DNA of 64,000 nucleotides, from the NCBI RefSeq assembly GCF_009914755.1, contig NC_060939.1; one strand, 5' to 3'. Below, in pieces: positions 11,766 to 24,908 of the stretch (within the stretch, counting starts at the first letter, position 1; the number at the start of each line of letters is the position of its first letter). This DNA comes from the human T2T-CHM13v2.0 reference genome, Homo sapiens. The notes below the pieces were generated by a model. The model was given only the letters and a program-made list of their open reading frames with translations. It made no database searches and had not been told where the DNA came from. The translations under genes and the position numbers were made by a program.

Positions 11766-12061
11766 TTCAATTTCATAATAGAAGCCAAATGCCTACAACT
11801 TTTCAAAGATATTGCTATACAATAGCTCGTGGAGGCAGTTTCCAAAATGAAAAGTGAGGGCTAATAGTGTACTCTTAAAACTTCTCAACTAGCTTAGAGT
11901 CTTCACTGAAGAAATGTTGTATGAAGAAGTATGGGTTACACTGAAAGTATTTCTTGTGAACATAGCTGCTTACTATCTCGAGGGAATAAAACAGAATTTG
12001 GAAGCTGGATTATTGGCCCCACATGCCCTCTTCTCAGCTACCACCACCTCTGCATAGACAA

Positions 12062-12235
12062 CATATACTGAGCGCCTGGATGTGCCAGTGATGTGCTGAG
12101 TGCTCACAGGCATCATCAGATCTTATCCTCCCAGCAATCCTGAGAAGAAGGTTCTAGTATTGGGTTAACTGACTTGTGCAAAGTTACATTGCTAGTTCAG
12201 TGCAGGATTCAGTAGACCCATGTTTGTAGTTCTCT
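12062..12235 (-). mobile_element. MIR fragment
   Basis: ACTGAGCGCCTGGATGTGCCAG...TGTGCTGAGTGCT...ATCCTCCCAGCAATCCTGAGAAG...GACTTGTGCAAAGTTACATTGCTAG. Confidence 0.65.
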
Positions 12236-13137
12236 AAAAACCTAGTCCATAAAAGCTGGACTGGACACTATCTCATCTAACAGTCCATACACCAGGCTGT
12301 AGATGAAGATGTCAACATCACCTGGGGAGGGGCCTGTTATGCAAAAAGCATGGCAACCTCTCTGTCCAAGAAACCGCTATAACTATGTGGGAACTCACAG
12401 CCAAATGACTTTTGCTGAATTCATATTTAAAGATATGCCACCTGGCACATTAAAGATGCTCTATATAAATACTAACATTACATATGTATATAGCAAAAAA
12501 ATTCTAGGCATAGCTGACACCAAGCTCGGTAATGAGTTGCTGATTTCCCTGTCAATAGATTGAGGTACAATGAATTTATATAGTGATTGGCAGCACAGGA
12601 AGCTTTCATTTCAAATCTCACGTTTATTAACTCACTTTTTTCTTCACAAGAACATTGTGACATAGGAGAAACAGTTATTCTAGTTCCCCTATAGAGAATA
12701 GGAAAATGCAGATTAAAGAGATGAAGCAATTCACGAAAACAACAATGCTAAGTGCCACACTGACCTGGGGCAAAAGTCCAGGGTGATATTGCTTTCTCTG
12801 CTGCATCTCAAGTCTGCTCAATTCATACTACCCCACTGAGAAACAGGAAATTACGCTCAAATTTCCTGACATGGTATAAGAAGAAACTTAAAAATTATCT
12901 GGAAGTCAGTGCTGATCACACTGCATCATTGATTCATTAGACCAGTCAGTGTTTGCACCTGTTCTCCCTTTACTGATTGCCAGTGAGGGTGCTCGTGATT
13001 GTCTATGTGCTATTTCTTTGTTTCTGGGCACATTCATAATTTTCAGACAGAGCTTTACCTTAATGACATGAGTGGCAAAGTTCTATTTTCCTTTTCTCTT
13101 ACTGAATCCTATGAGCTACCAAAAAATTCCTAAATTT

Positions 13138-13426
13138 GTCCTGGGCATGATGGCTCATACCTGTAATCCCAGCACTTTGGGAGGCTGAGGCATGGGAGTC
13201 GCTTGAGGCCAGGAATATGAGACCAGCCTGAGCAACAGAGCAAGATCCCATGTTTAAAAAATAAATTAGCCAGGCATAGTGACATGTGTCTGTCATCCCT
13301 GCTACTTAGGAGGCTGAAGTGGGAGGATCACTTGAGCCCAGGAATTGGAGGCTGCAGTGAGCTATGATCATACTGCTGCACCCCCAGCCTGGGCAACAGA
13401 GCAACACCCTGCCTCTAAAAAAAAAA
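13138..13426 (+). mobile_element. AluJ
   Basis: Dimeric Alu with J diagnostics (GGAGGATCACTTGAGCCCAGG, GCTGCAGTGAGCTATGAT), heavy CpG decay and an A tail. Confidence 0.95.
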
Positions 13427-14153
13427 CTAGTAAACTTCTGTTAGTACAGGCAACATAAATCCTGTCCTCAAAGAGCTCCTATCAGTGGAAAATAGCCTGA
13501 TTCCTAATCCATTCATAGCTGATCTTATTGGGACCTTAAAACCAGAGTTAACCCATCCTTGCTTGTGAATCTTAATGCATAAAGAGTGTTCTAGAATGAG
13601 GCAACCACCAGGTTCTTCACATACCCTGCCCCTGTTTTCAATCCTGGTTTATTATCAGGGGATGTTCTGGGTCAGACCTGATTCAGCTACATCTGATACT
13701 CGATTCATGTCCCACTCTAGATTTGACAACCTTTGTGATGTTCATCTCAGCAATTTTGCACCTTTTGTGCCCTGCACATTTTCTGATACACTGTTGAGAG
13801 TAACATTTCCAATTGTTTCCATTTAAGACTCTTTGCTTTGGTATCTGGTCTCCAGGACACCTGTGTGATCCTTCCTTCAGCCCAGATATACCAGTCACTC
13901 CCTTATGCTTTACAACAACCACATCTTTCCCCTGCCTGGATATATCTTGGATGATCAGAAGTCTATGTGTCCTTCAAAAATGGCCTGCTTAAAAAAGGAA
14001 CGTTTCTCTAATTTCCCAAGTCAGTGGTGATCTCATCCTACTCTTAGTATTCATAAGCTTATTTTCTGAATCATTTTTTGCCATACATAATATACTGTTC
14101 TACCTTTACTGGGAAATTATAACTCCTGGTGGTCAGGAAATATTTCTTACACT

Positions 14154-14601
14154 TGGAATTCCCTGCTGTCTTTAAAAAGTACTTTGCATGTAGAAGCTTC
14201 ATTCAAGTAATGTGGAGTGAATGAGTGCTTCTGATATATAGAAATATGAGAGACAAAGAGGAGAAAAAACCCAAAATCTATTATTTTCAAGGGATATTCC
14301 CACCTGGTCTTTGTGTGGTTTTCTGTTTATAGGGAGCTAGTACCTTAAGGGTTAAGATCAGTTTTACCAACAACAGCAGCTGTTCCTGGAGGAGCTCAAG
14401 GACATTATGAGATTAGCAGGAATAGGACTTTGAAGTCTGTGCTAGTCTCTGGAATTCCCCAGACCCCCTCCTCACCCCGCCTGCCCGCTCCGCTCCCCTT
14501 CTTCAAAAACCCACCCGTCTCCAATTTCCCGAGAGTGTTAAAAATGTAACTGTGGAATGGTGTAGCTAGATAATGTTGAGTGTTTTTGCATCATATATAA
14601 A
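14154..14601. promoter_or_regulatory. Candidate enhancer/promoter with clustered NF-kB sites, GC box and TATA-like motif
   Basis: GGGATATTCC (14291-14300), GGAATTCCCC (14451-14460, reverse complement GGGGAATTCC), TGGAATTCCC (14154-14163, 9/10), CCCCGCC (14475-14481), TATATAAA (14594-14601). Confidence 0.35.
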
Positions 14602-15914
14602 CAGAAAAGCCTTGGGGGCATTATTTAGTCCACTTCACGTGTAGACTGCTTTCCCTTGGTGCTTGCCATTGCCCAGTGAGACGTACAGATTTTACATGTG
14701 GCTTGTGCCCAGCCTGTCTCTAAAGAAAGCAAGGTCCAAAGGAAGGTTCAAGGACTGGCTTCGTGCTATAATTGGCTCATTGGTGTTTCTCTTATTTAAG
14801 GAAATGATCCTTTTTGTCTCTGCTTTGCTTCAGAGTTAGATAGACACTCATAAAGCTGTTCCCCATCAGTGAGTGGAAAGTATTTTTGAGGAGCTCTCAA
14901 TCCAGCTGCAATAAAGCTAGGGTTAAATCAAATCATTTTTCAGTGACAGCAACCAAGATTATATAAATTTTGAAACATACAAGAGCCTAGCACTCCTCGT
15001 ACCTGAGCTTATGGTGCCAAGAACTTAAGAATGTTGATGGACTTACTCTCCATGCGTACTTATCACTCCCAGTTCTCCTTGGCTAGGAAAGGGTATGATA
15101 AAAATAGTTCTGTCTTCTTAGCAGGTAAACATGCCCATACACCTGGCAAGGTATAATTGAGAGAAGATCAGTTTGCAAGGAAAATGCAAGATAATGAGAA
15201 ATTTTCTTAAATCAAGGCTGAATCACTCTTTACATAGAAAAACTTCAAATAGAACTTTAACCTGAAGCTATTCGCATGTAAGCATGCTTAATGTGTGATG
15301 GAATCTGCACATAAAAAGAAACTTGACTCTGCGGGAAATAATAGAGACTCTTCAAATATGCAATGAAAATAAAAATCACAAAAAGCAGAGAAAATCGACT
15401 GCTGGTGCTCATTCCCTAATACTCACGCATTCTTCTCAAACCCAGAGAAAATGCCAACTCTTTCATAGCAAGACCTTTAGAGAACAGAGCTGATGCCTCT
15501 AGTGTTTCCTTCATTTGTTGAATGTTCTTTTGATTGACTTGCTCCTTTCTGGCTAAGCAGAGCTTAGTGGTTCTCTAGGAGCCACTTAGAGACCCAGAGC
15601 CATTGCAAAGCTTTGCCTAAACAATTGCCCAATACTTATTATCTTTGTGATTCAGTGAGGTGCTTTTAAAATAATTATTTAACATGGATTACTAATATTT
15701 CATATGCCTTGCCCATGCAACAATAATGTACTTCTTAGTAGTAAAAATGTATCTTATATTTCTCTTGTATGCCGCATAGTAAACAGCCACCCAGAGGGCA
15801 TATATGTACACAGAAGGCATGCTTGTCATATCCACGAATGAACGAATGGAAAATTAATCAGGGATTAAAGGCCCTTGCCGTCATTCATTTCAGAATCAAT
15901 GCAATGCCTCATTA

Positions 15915-16030
15915 GTATATTCAGCACAAATCTAATGAGACTTACATTGTTCCTGGCACTGTGCTGGGCTCTGGGAATTCAGTGGTGAGCAAAATGGCGA
16001 TAATCCCTAGCCTTGGGGATTTATAGTGAT
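15915..16030 (-). mobile_element. L2 3' end fragment
   Basis: CCTGGCACTGTGCTGGGCTCTGGGAATTCAGTGGTGAGCAAAA...TCCCTAGCCTTGGGGATTTATAGT. Confidence 0.7.
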
Positions 16031-16234
16031 ATAAAATCTTATCTTCCATGTTGGTGTGATTATGAATCTTCTACAAGGGTCCCACAAAATTAGTGTTGTC
16101 TTCACCTAAAATGAAGAAGAAAGAAGGGATGATGATCATTTTTCCATCCCGAACTGCAGGGCTCTTCCTCTTTTAGTTTAATTCAGTGGTGCTAGATCAC
16201 CATTTATACCACTTTTTAACCAGTTTTGTAATTA

Positions 16235-17106
16235 CAGTTGACCCTTGAACAATCAATGCGGAGCTTAGGTCTGCCAACTCCCTGGTGCAGTCAAAAATCC
16301 ATGTATAACTTGACTTTCCCAAAACTTAATTACCAATATCCTATTGTGACCAGAAGCCTTAGTGATAACATAAATAGTTGATTAGCACATATTTTGTATG
16401 TTATCTGTATTCTATAGTGTATTCTTATAATAAAGGAAGCTGGAGAAAAGAAAATGTTATTTAAAAAATTATAGGGGAGAGACTATATATATACCATTCA
16501 GTAAGTGGAAGTGGATCATCATTGATATAGTTTGGATATTTGTCCCCACCCACATCTCATGTTGAATTGTAATTCCCAATGTTGGCGATTGGGCCTGGTG
16601 GGAGGTGATTGGATCATGAGGCTGGATTTCTCAGGAATGGCTTGGGCCATCTCATTGGTGATAAGTGAGCTCTCACTCTGAATTCCCAGGAGACCTAGTC
16701 ATTTAAAACTGTGCGGCTCCTCCCCCCACTGCCTTTCTCTCTTGCTCCTGCTTTTGTCACATTAACATGCCTGCTTCTGCTTCATCTTCTGTCATAATGG
16801 TTAAGCTTATTGAGGTTTCTCCAGAAGCTGAGCAGGTGTTGGCACCATGCTTCCCATAAAACCTGCAGAACCATATGCCAATTATACCTGTTTTCTTTAT
16901 CAGTTACTCAGTCTCACATATTCCTTTATAGCAATGCAAGAATGGCCTAATACAATCATAAAAATCTTCATCCTCATCATCTTCTCACTGGGTAGGCTGA
17001 GGAGGAGGAGGAAGAAGACGAGAGGTTTGTCTAACTGTCTCATGGTGGCAGGAGCAGAATAAGTGGACCCATTCAGTTCAAACCCATGTTGTTCAAAGGC
17101 CAACCG
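16235..17106 (-). mobile_element. Tigger2a DNA transposon, interrupted by an MST LTR
   Basis: TIRs CAGTTGACCCTTGAACAA and TTGTTCAAAGGCCAACCG, each flanked by TA (16233-16234 and 17107-17108). Halves at 16235-16522 and 16955-17106. Confidence 0.9.
16523..16954 (+). mobile_element. MSTA/MSTB MaLR solo LTR
   Basis: TGATATAGTTTGGAT...GGCCTAATACA with a perfect 5-bp TSD ATCAT at 16518-16522 and 16955-16959. Confidence 0.95.
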
Positions 17107-17204
17107 TATATGATACATCTTTACTCTTTCCCTCCATACCTTTCTTGATCTCTTACTGAAGAAGATGTAGTGAATTTTCTTGAATGGTTTCTACATCCTG
17201 CAAT

Positions 17205-17385
17205 TCAATGGATCCGAACCTAGCTGCACATCCAAATAAACTGGGAAGCTTTTAAATACATTACAGATGTCTTGGCCTTCCCCATAAGGATTCTGATTAA
17301 GTGGCCTGGGCCAGCTTTGGACATTTATGTGTATATTTTTAACTTCCCAGGGATTTTGATGTGAAACCAGGGTTGAGGACTGTTG
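17205..17385. mobile_element. MER5-family MITE
   Basis: GCTGCACAT...CTGGGAAGCTTTTAAA...GATTCTGATT...CTTCCCAGGGATTTTGATGTG...CCAGGGTTGAGGACTG. Confidence 0.7.
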
Positions 17386-17781
17386 TCATAATTTCTCTCT
17401 CCATAATTATATTCTTAAATCTCTCTGAATAGAAAGTCAATAACAACAAGAAAATAATGTGTATATGTGCATTCTTGCTATAAACACTTACAAATGTCTT
17501 AAATAAGACCACAAGAAGTCCAAGAAAATCAATATCTTGTTTTAAGTGAGCATTGCACCTTATTTTAAATATTGCAATTACATTCGCTTCCTTCAAAGAA
17601 GATGAATTATAAGTTCATTATTAGTATTTAGAAAACATGTGGGAAGAGCAAAGGTCTTAGAATTACACAAACAAAACCTTACAAATTATTAATGTGTTCT
17701 TGAAGCTCTCTATTAAAAAGCATCTCTACACCTTAGCTTTTTCATCTGTAAGCTGGGGATGCTAAAATGAAAACTCAAATA

Positions 17782-18409
17782 CAGTTAATCCTCATTATTC
17801 ACGGATTCAGTAGTTGGGAATTCACCTACTTGCCAAAATATATTTATAATTTCAAAATCAATGTTTGTAGCACTTGTGCAGTCATTTCTGGATTTGCACA
17901 AAGTGGTGAAAAATGTGAGTTGCCTCACGCATTCATTACCAGGTGAGGTTGAGCAAGGTGATGCTCTGCCTTTTTATTTCAGCTCTAATACTGTAAACAC
18001 ATGTCCTTTCAACAGTTTATTTAATGCCACCTTTTCACATTTTGCTGTTTTAAATGGCTCCCAACCATAATGCTGACATACTGTCTAATGTTCCTAAACA
18101 CAAGAAGGCTGTGATGTGCATTATGGAGAAAATATGTGTGTTAGATAAGCTTTGTTCACATTTGAGTTATAGTGCTGTTGGCTGTGTGTTTAACACTAAT
18201 GAACCAACAGTATATACGAAATAAGGTGCCTTTAAATAGAAACACATATCAAACAAGGTTATGTATTGATCTGTTGACAAAAATGTGACCAGAGGCTCAC
18301 AGGAATCTAACCCTGTAGCTCCCCTAAGAACAATGGTTCAGTATTTGCTAATGCTGTGTTTGTGGTGACTTTATAGAACATAGCTACCATGAATAATGAA
18401 TATTTACTG
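17782..18409 (+). mobile_element. MER82-like TcMar-Tigger element inserted in a MIR
   Basis: TA|CAGTTAATCCTCATTATTCA and TGAATAATGAATATTTACTG form the TIRs. MIR-like sequence lies on both sides. Confidence 0.85.
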
Positions 18410-19490
18410 TGTAAAGTGTCCAGCGTGGTACCTGGCATATAATTCTTAGCTAGAAAATTTGGTTTCTGTGCCCTTCTAATACAATATTAGGATTTTCACC
18501 TTAAAATTATTTTAAAAATAAGTTCAAATAGCAATGAACACACTTACTCTATTTGTATTTAACAATGTATTGTTTCTTTGTCTGTAAGGATAACTCTATG
18601 ATTGAGCTTTTGCTGTCCAGAATTGAGCCTCTGGAATGGCTAGGCTTCTAGGAAGCCTTCAAACTTGTTTGCTTGTTTTTAAAGCTAGCAACTTTTTAGT
18701 GGTAAAGCATTATCTCAGCATCAAATGCAGTTGATATAAGCTGCATGCACATGAGACCCCTTTGCTCTGTGGAAGGGAAGAGCCCCTTGATGATCAATAC
18801 TAAGCTTGCCTTTTGCAAACAGCTACAAAACATGCACAAGAGAGGATGGTGATCAGCATGGTGGCATCAGTTAGAAGCAGAGACAGGAGTGGAAACCAGT
18901 ATACACTCGGATAGTGGAAAATAATGAGTGACAAAAGTGACAGAAAGAGAACAGCTACATACTATTAAGAGGCAGAGAATACCCTGTGTAATGTCTATAA
19001 CCCCAGAAAGCATCAGGCTGTGTTGTTGAAATTGTATCGAATGCCAGATTCACCTGAAATATGCTACTCTGTATAATGGGATGTATGCAATCTCTGTAGT
19101 GGATCAGAGCATTGAAGAAATTGTACAGTTTGATTCATTTTCCTTTAGTGAAAAGCAAAAAGCAGAAATTAAAAAGTAATGCTAACATTTATAGAAAAAA
19201 GTGATTGAGCACAGACAGATGATAAAGAGTGAACTGAGCAGTAAGTTTTTAAGTCTTACTGTTAAAATTAAGAAGAGAAAGCTGTTAAATATTTGTAGGT
19301 TCTGAGTGCCTTAATACTTAAGAGTTCTGTATAAAGAAACAATATGATTCTCCACGTGTATATGCTTTATGTATTTGAGCAGAATTTCATGATTTTCTTC
19401 AACTCGTTTCTACTCATTTTTAGCTTTTTCCTATGTTTTTAATATTATTAATTTTGTCATGAACAGAATTTTCTTCCATTTTAACTTTGA

Positions 19491-20054
<564 letters not shown>

Positions 20055-20369
20055 AGGGCTTCATTTCTTTACCCTTACTTTAATGTGATATTTGTAATGT
20101 CTTATTATAAGAATGATAGTGGCAGTTGGTTTGAGATATTTTTATGATGCAAATGAAGTTTTATTCTTTATATATCATGTTATTGACTTATAAAAATAGT
20201 AAGATGTTAAATTTTATCCAAAATTTTCAATACCTCTTAATAATTTCTTACATTGTATCCTTTGAACAACAGAAGTAACTGATCATATTAATAGATAGGC
20301 TAAACTATTCTTGCTTTCCTGGGATTAGAGGTAGAAACCTATGTGGCTATAATATAATATTTTTCTCAA

Positions 20370-20525
20370 CTCTTACACGCCATCAAGTATTATGGTAAGG
20401 GATTTTTCAGCAGGAAAAAGAAACATTACTACAAAAGATACATAGATGGACTGTAAGATGCTTCTCAATTTCAAAAATATTAAAATGTGAAAAAAATATG
20501 TAGCTTAGACTTAAAGAAGTGATAT
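20370..20525. mobile_element. Possible MER104-like (TcMar-Tc2) fragment
   Basis: TGTAAGATGCTTCTCAATTTCAAAAATATTAAAATGTGAAAAAAATATGTAGCTTAGA resembles the MER104 terminus as recalled. Confidence 0.4.
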
Positions 20526-20749
20526 AAGACCCCTGAATTTAAGTTTCAAGCATTTATTTTGAATTTTAGCAACAATATTCATAAACGATACTGGACAAAG
20601 GTACTTGTGTCCAATTTTGGTGTTGGACTGCGCAATCCTTCCCCCCTCAACTAACATCTAAACATTCAGTCTGTCATTTTCTAGTGTCTGTTATGATATC
20701 TTACATAGCAATTGTTCATCACATTAGTTAGTCACAATAATCCACATTA

Positions 20750-22710
20750 AGAGTAGCAATTTGTATTAAAAGAAGAGCTTAAATTATATTAAGCAAATTA
20801 TATTTAACAAGGCATAGGAGACTGTCATTTAACTTCCCTAGATCCACAAACACACACACATATGTGCACACAAACACACATACCCACACACACAACAGTT
20901 TAGAAAATATAAAAGGAGAAAAAATATCCTTTTAAATAACAACAAAAATGGTAAAGAATATGCTTAACAAGAAAGCTTCATGATTTTTACGAAGAAAACT
21001 TTAATATTCTATTGAGGACTAAAAAGGGCATACTTTATCAGTATTGTAAATAGGTCGGTTTTCAAATTAATGAACTTATGGAATCCAAATTAAAATACCA
21101 ATGTAATATTTTAAATTAGAGAAACAAAATCTAAAGTTGTCATGAAAAAATTAACACATATGAATAGTCAGAGCATTTCCAAAATATACAAATAATGTGA
21201 TATATCACTCAGTTAGTATAAAAATGTATTTCTACATTAAACAATTTGATTTTAGCACATTATATACAAATGGGTCAATAAAATAGGATAGAGTCTGGTA
21301 ATAGATCCAAGTCTATTGAGAATATTTAGTATATGATAAATATTATATTAAAATCAATGAAGATACAGGAATTGATCAATGCAATTGTATTAGGAAAACT
21401 AGCCAGTCATCTGCAAAAAAAGTAAAAAATAAAAATAAAATACCTATGTCTGTGACTAAATACAGATAGATATATGAATCAAATGTTAAAAAAAATTAAA
21501 GTATTATAAGAATAAATAGGATCATAATTTTTACAATGTTTTTATTTTTTGTCATTTACAAACTTGGAGTGGAGAAGTTCTTTGTAAACAAGAAAATGAC
21601 GACTAATAAATTTGTTTATAAAAATCAAAAGTTTTCATGTGTCAAAAATATTTCTAAAAGAACAAATGACAGATTTATATTTGCAGCCCATGACAAAGGT
21701 CTGATTTTCCTTTACATATACAAAGTTCTTAAAGTTCACGAAAGGAAAGGACTAAGGTCATGAATACACAGGTTACTGAAAAAATATGAATGGCTTCTAA
21801 ATAAATGAAAGATGTTTAACCTCACAATTTAAAATGTGCAAGTTAAAATAAATTTTTATACCCACAAATTAGAAAAGTTTGATTATACATATTGGTAAGA
21901 GTATTTGAAAACAGATAACCTCATTTTAATTTGATGTCCCTTCTTGAAGAGTAACTTAAGTGATACATATTAACTTTGATCATTACCAAAAGGGATTGTC
22001 ATTGTCAATCTTGCTATAACCAATCATTGTTTAATCTCATAGGACTCCATTTTTTTTTTGTATTATAGACTCCACTTACCTGAGCATGTTGTGTGGCCAC
22101 CAAGACAAAGTAAGAATATTAACACTTTAAAAAGGAGGAAATAGTTGCTGAATAGGCAATCAAAAGTGTCTGCCTTAGATATGTACTACAGTTATCCCCA
22201 ATCAACATAATAAAAAAAAAAACCTGAGAAATAGGTAAAGTCACTTTGTATGTGGTCATACTTCTTGGAAGGGACCGTAAGATATTTCTTGAAAAGTTAT
22301 AGTAAATGCCTGGGAATAATCTAAATGTGTATGAATAGAGGAGGCCTAATTGAATAAATTACAGACCTCGACACAATGTGATAACTTGCAGTTACTTTTT
22401 TAAACATGGCAGATCTATATATAACTATATACAAAAACCTATGGTATGTATCTAAGGTTAAAAAATAAGAGTAGCAAGGTACAGGAAAGCATATATGGGA
22501 TGTGGACAAACACGTAGACCCAGGCGGATGCAAAGGCTTGTATGGGATCTATTTGCCTATTTCTGGATAGATAAACAAGTAACTATTAACAGAATTTGCT
22601 CTAGGAAGTGACTGGGGTCTTGGGAAATCTTACTTTCTGATGGACAGTATTTTATAATATTTGATTTTTTACTATATGCATGCATTACTTTATCAAGTAA
22701 AACATCTAGT
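20750..22710 (+). mobile_element. Decayed L1ME-type ORF2 3' half and 3' UTR, with a probable MLT1 fragment near 22000-22177
   Basis: A-rich strand with ORF2 remnants (ATATTTGCAGCCCATGACAAAGGTCTGATTTTCC). Ends TTTTTACTATATGCATGCATTACTTT. Confidence 0.65.
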
Positions 22711-23549
22711 TTATTTTAAAACTATTTTTGATATTAGAAGTGATTTTTTCTGAATCTAGAGTGATTCATAAATTTGCTGAAGATCTTGAAAAGTTGATTT
22801 TTCATTTTATTTCTTTACACTTGTTTGGACAGCATAAGGGAGCACGTTTTCAAATGAAAATTTGAAATGAAATGAAAATAATTTGAAAAGCAAGCAAAGT
22901 CTGCTGCTTTCATTTCTTAATAAAGTTAGGTTTTGGATAAAGAAACACAGTAGCATTTGCCTAATGTCTTCTTTGAGCAAAATGGAGCAGGTCGGTTTTG
23001 AACCCTCAGCCACAGTTATCAGTTCGTTTCCATATTCACTTAATTTTCTAAGAAAAGCAACTAAAGGAAAAGTGGACCTTCTTTCCTGGTCAACTTTAGA
23101 TACCACCTTGTTTCTTGCACATTTGTTTAAGAGAGATTTACCTGACAGGCGTCTTCTTCCCTTCCTACTCAGTAACATCTCCAATATGCAATTCCCTGGG
23201 GAAACTGTTTCCTAAGAAATGTATACAAAGATTGGCTTGACTCTATTTGGTTTTGAGGTAGCCTGTTGTAAATGCCTCCTTTTACATACTTTCACATCCT
23301 TCTTTTTTACTACTTGAACAAAAACAAAATAAAAGTTGGTGATGATGCAAATAACTGATGATGTAATCTCTGCCTATGTCAGAGTTAAGATTTCTGAAAT
23401 ATATTTTAGAATTAAGATTTCTAAAATACATTTTGGCTTTGATACCTTGGCACTGCTCTGCTAAATCTACAATCCTTAAGATTTTCTGGGTGAGGGGTGA
23501 AGCTATGGAAACTGCATGAAGAGCTGGCTTCTCCCATTCTCTCCTGAAG

Positions 23550-23651
23550 GGAGGAACTCAGAGAGAAAAACAGTATTAGTGAAAAGCTCATTCCAGGAAG
23601 TGAACAGAGGAACTGAAGCTTTGGCTCTGTGGGAAAATGGAGACTTTGAAG
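23550..23651 (+). other. Candidate 102-nt cassette exon (unverified)
   Basis: Pyrimidine tract CTTCTCCCATTCTCTCCTGAAG|, purine-rich body, donor GAAG|GTAAGA. Only one frame is open: RNSERKTVLVKSSFQEVNRGTEALALWENGDFE. Confidence 0.3.
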
Positions 23652-24869
23652 GTAAGACTGTTTGTGCGTCCAAGAAGAATAATGACCAGCTTGTGTCCTG
23701 AGAAGGTGATGCTAGAGTCCTTTTGTGCAAAGCAAAACCGCGTTGCCTAGTTACAGAGAGATTTTTGCTCTAAATGTCAAAAGTGCGGGCAGGAGTAGAA
23801 TTAGAACCCATGTCTCTAAAAGGAAGCAAATGTTTTAAAAAGCAATGCTAACACAGGTATTTCAGTTATTCAAACACTCTTATTGTCCCAATTGGAGAAT
23901 CAGCCTAGATATCTTGCACAGATCACTGTTGAAACTGCTCAGTTGCTTCATTTCATTTCTGGCATTCCTAACAGCAGCAATTAATGGAGGCTCCTTCCCA
24001 GCCGGTTGTTACAGTCTTCAGATGTGGTCTGCAAATCCCAGCTATGCATCTGACTTGCCTCACTGGAAGCAAAAATGGAGTGAGTGGAGCTGTATGTTAG
24101 AGTGTATCAGTGGGTGTCTGCGGTGTCTGGGAAAGCAAACATGGAGGGCAGTAGGTTGCAGTAGTTCCAATAGGCTCTGCATACAGAGATGCAATGTTGG
24201 AGCGGGGTTACTGCCACCATCACTGCCCCATCCCCTCACCCCCCACCCCAACAAACACACACATTGGCAGTCAGAATACTGTGCGTGTGGCTGTGTTGTT
24301 TCCTCATAGTCTTTGAGTGACATCTCCAAGAGCAGGACTAGAAGTGGCAGAATGACAATGGCAAATCCATTTCTGTGATTTTTGCCATCTTCTTTGAGTG
24401 CACCACTGAAACTTCAAAATAACCAAGTCTGTATGCTATTCCATAAGCATTCATCTCAGTTTTATCTTCTAGTGACAGTGTTTTACAATCAGAAAGGCCA
24501 GAAAATTCTGTTATTAGTTCACAAATTTTTGTGCATCTTTCTTAGAATTTATATTCCTCTGTCTCTGAAGGGAGACCTAAATGTGTCCAAATACATTCCA
24601 GCAATAACCTGCCCCATTAGGCATTCTCCACGTATACATATTTACATCATTTGTTGGGAGTTTATTTCTTCTAAACTTATACTTTAAAGAATACACGACT
24701 TCAGTTCAACTCAATGCATATATTTTGGATACCACTCTTTGCAAACTTTGAGTTGAGTAGAGCACAAAAGACTGTTTTAAGCAGATGGCATTTCACCTAG
24801 ATTGAGGGGGTAGGTCGTGGGAGAGAAAAAGGAGATAGAAGTAAGCAGTCATTATTCATGCGTGTATGA

Positions 24870-24872
<3 letters not shown>

Positions 24873-24907
<35 letters not shown>
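24873..24907. repeat. (CA)17 microsatellite
   Basis: Perfect CA run, seen directly. Confidence 0.97.

Positions 24908-24908
<1 letters not shown>

Noticed and set aside
22807-23215. Overlapping 125-aa and 110-aa ORFs as a processed pseudogene
   Set aside because: No recognisable parent protein, poly-A tail or TSD.
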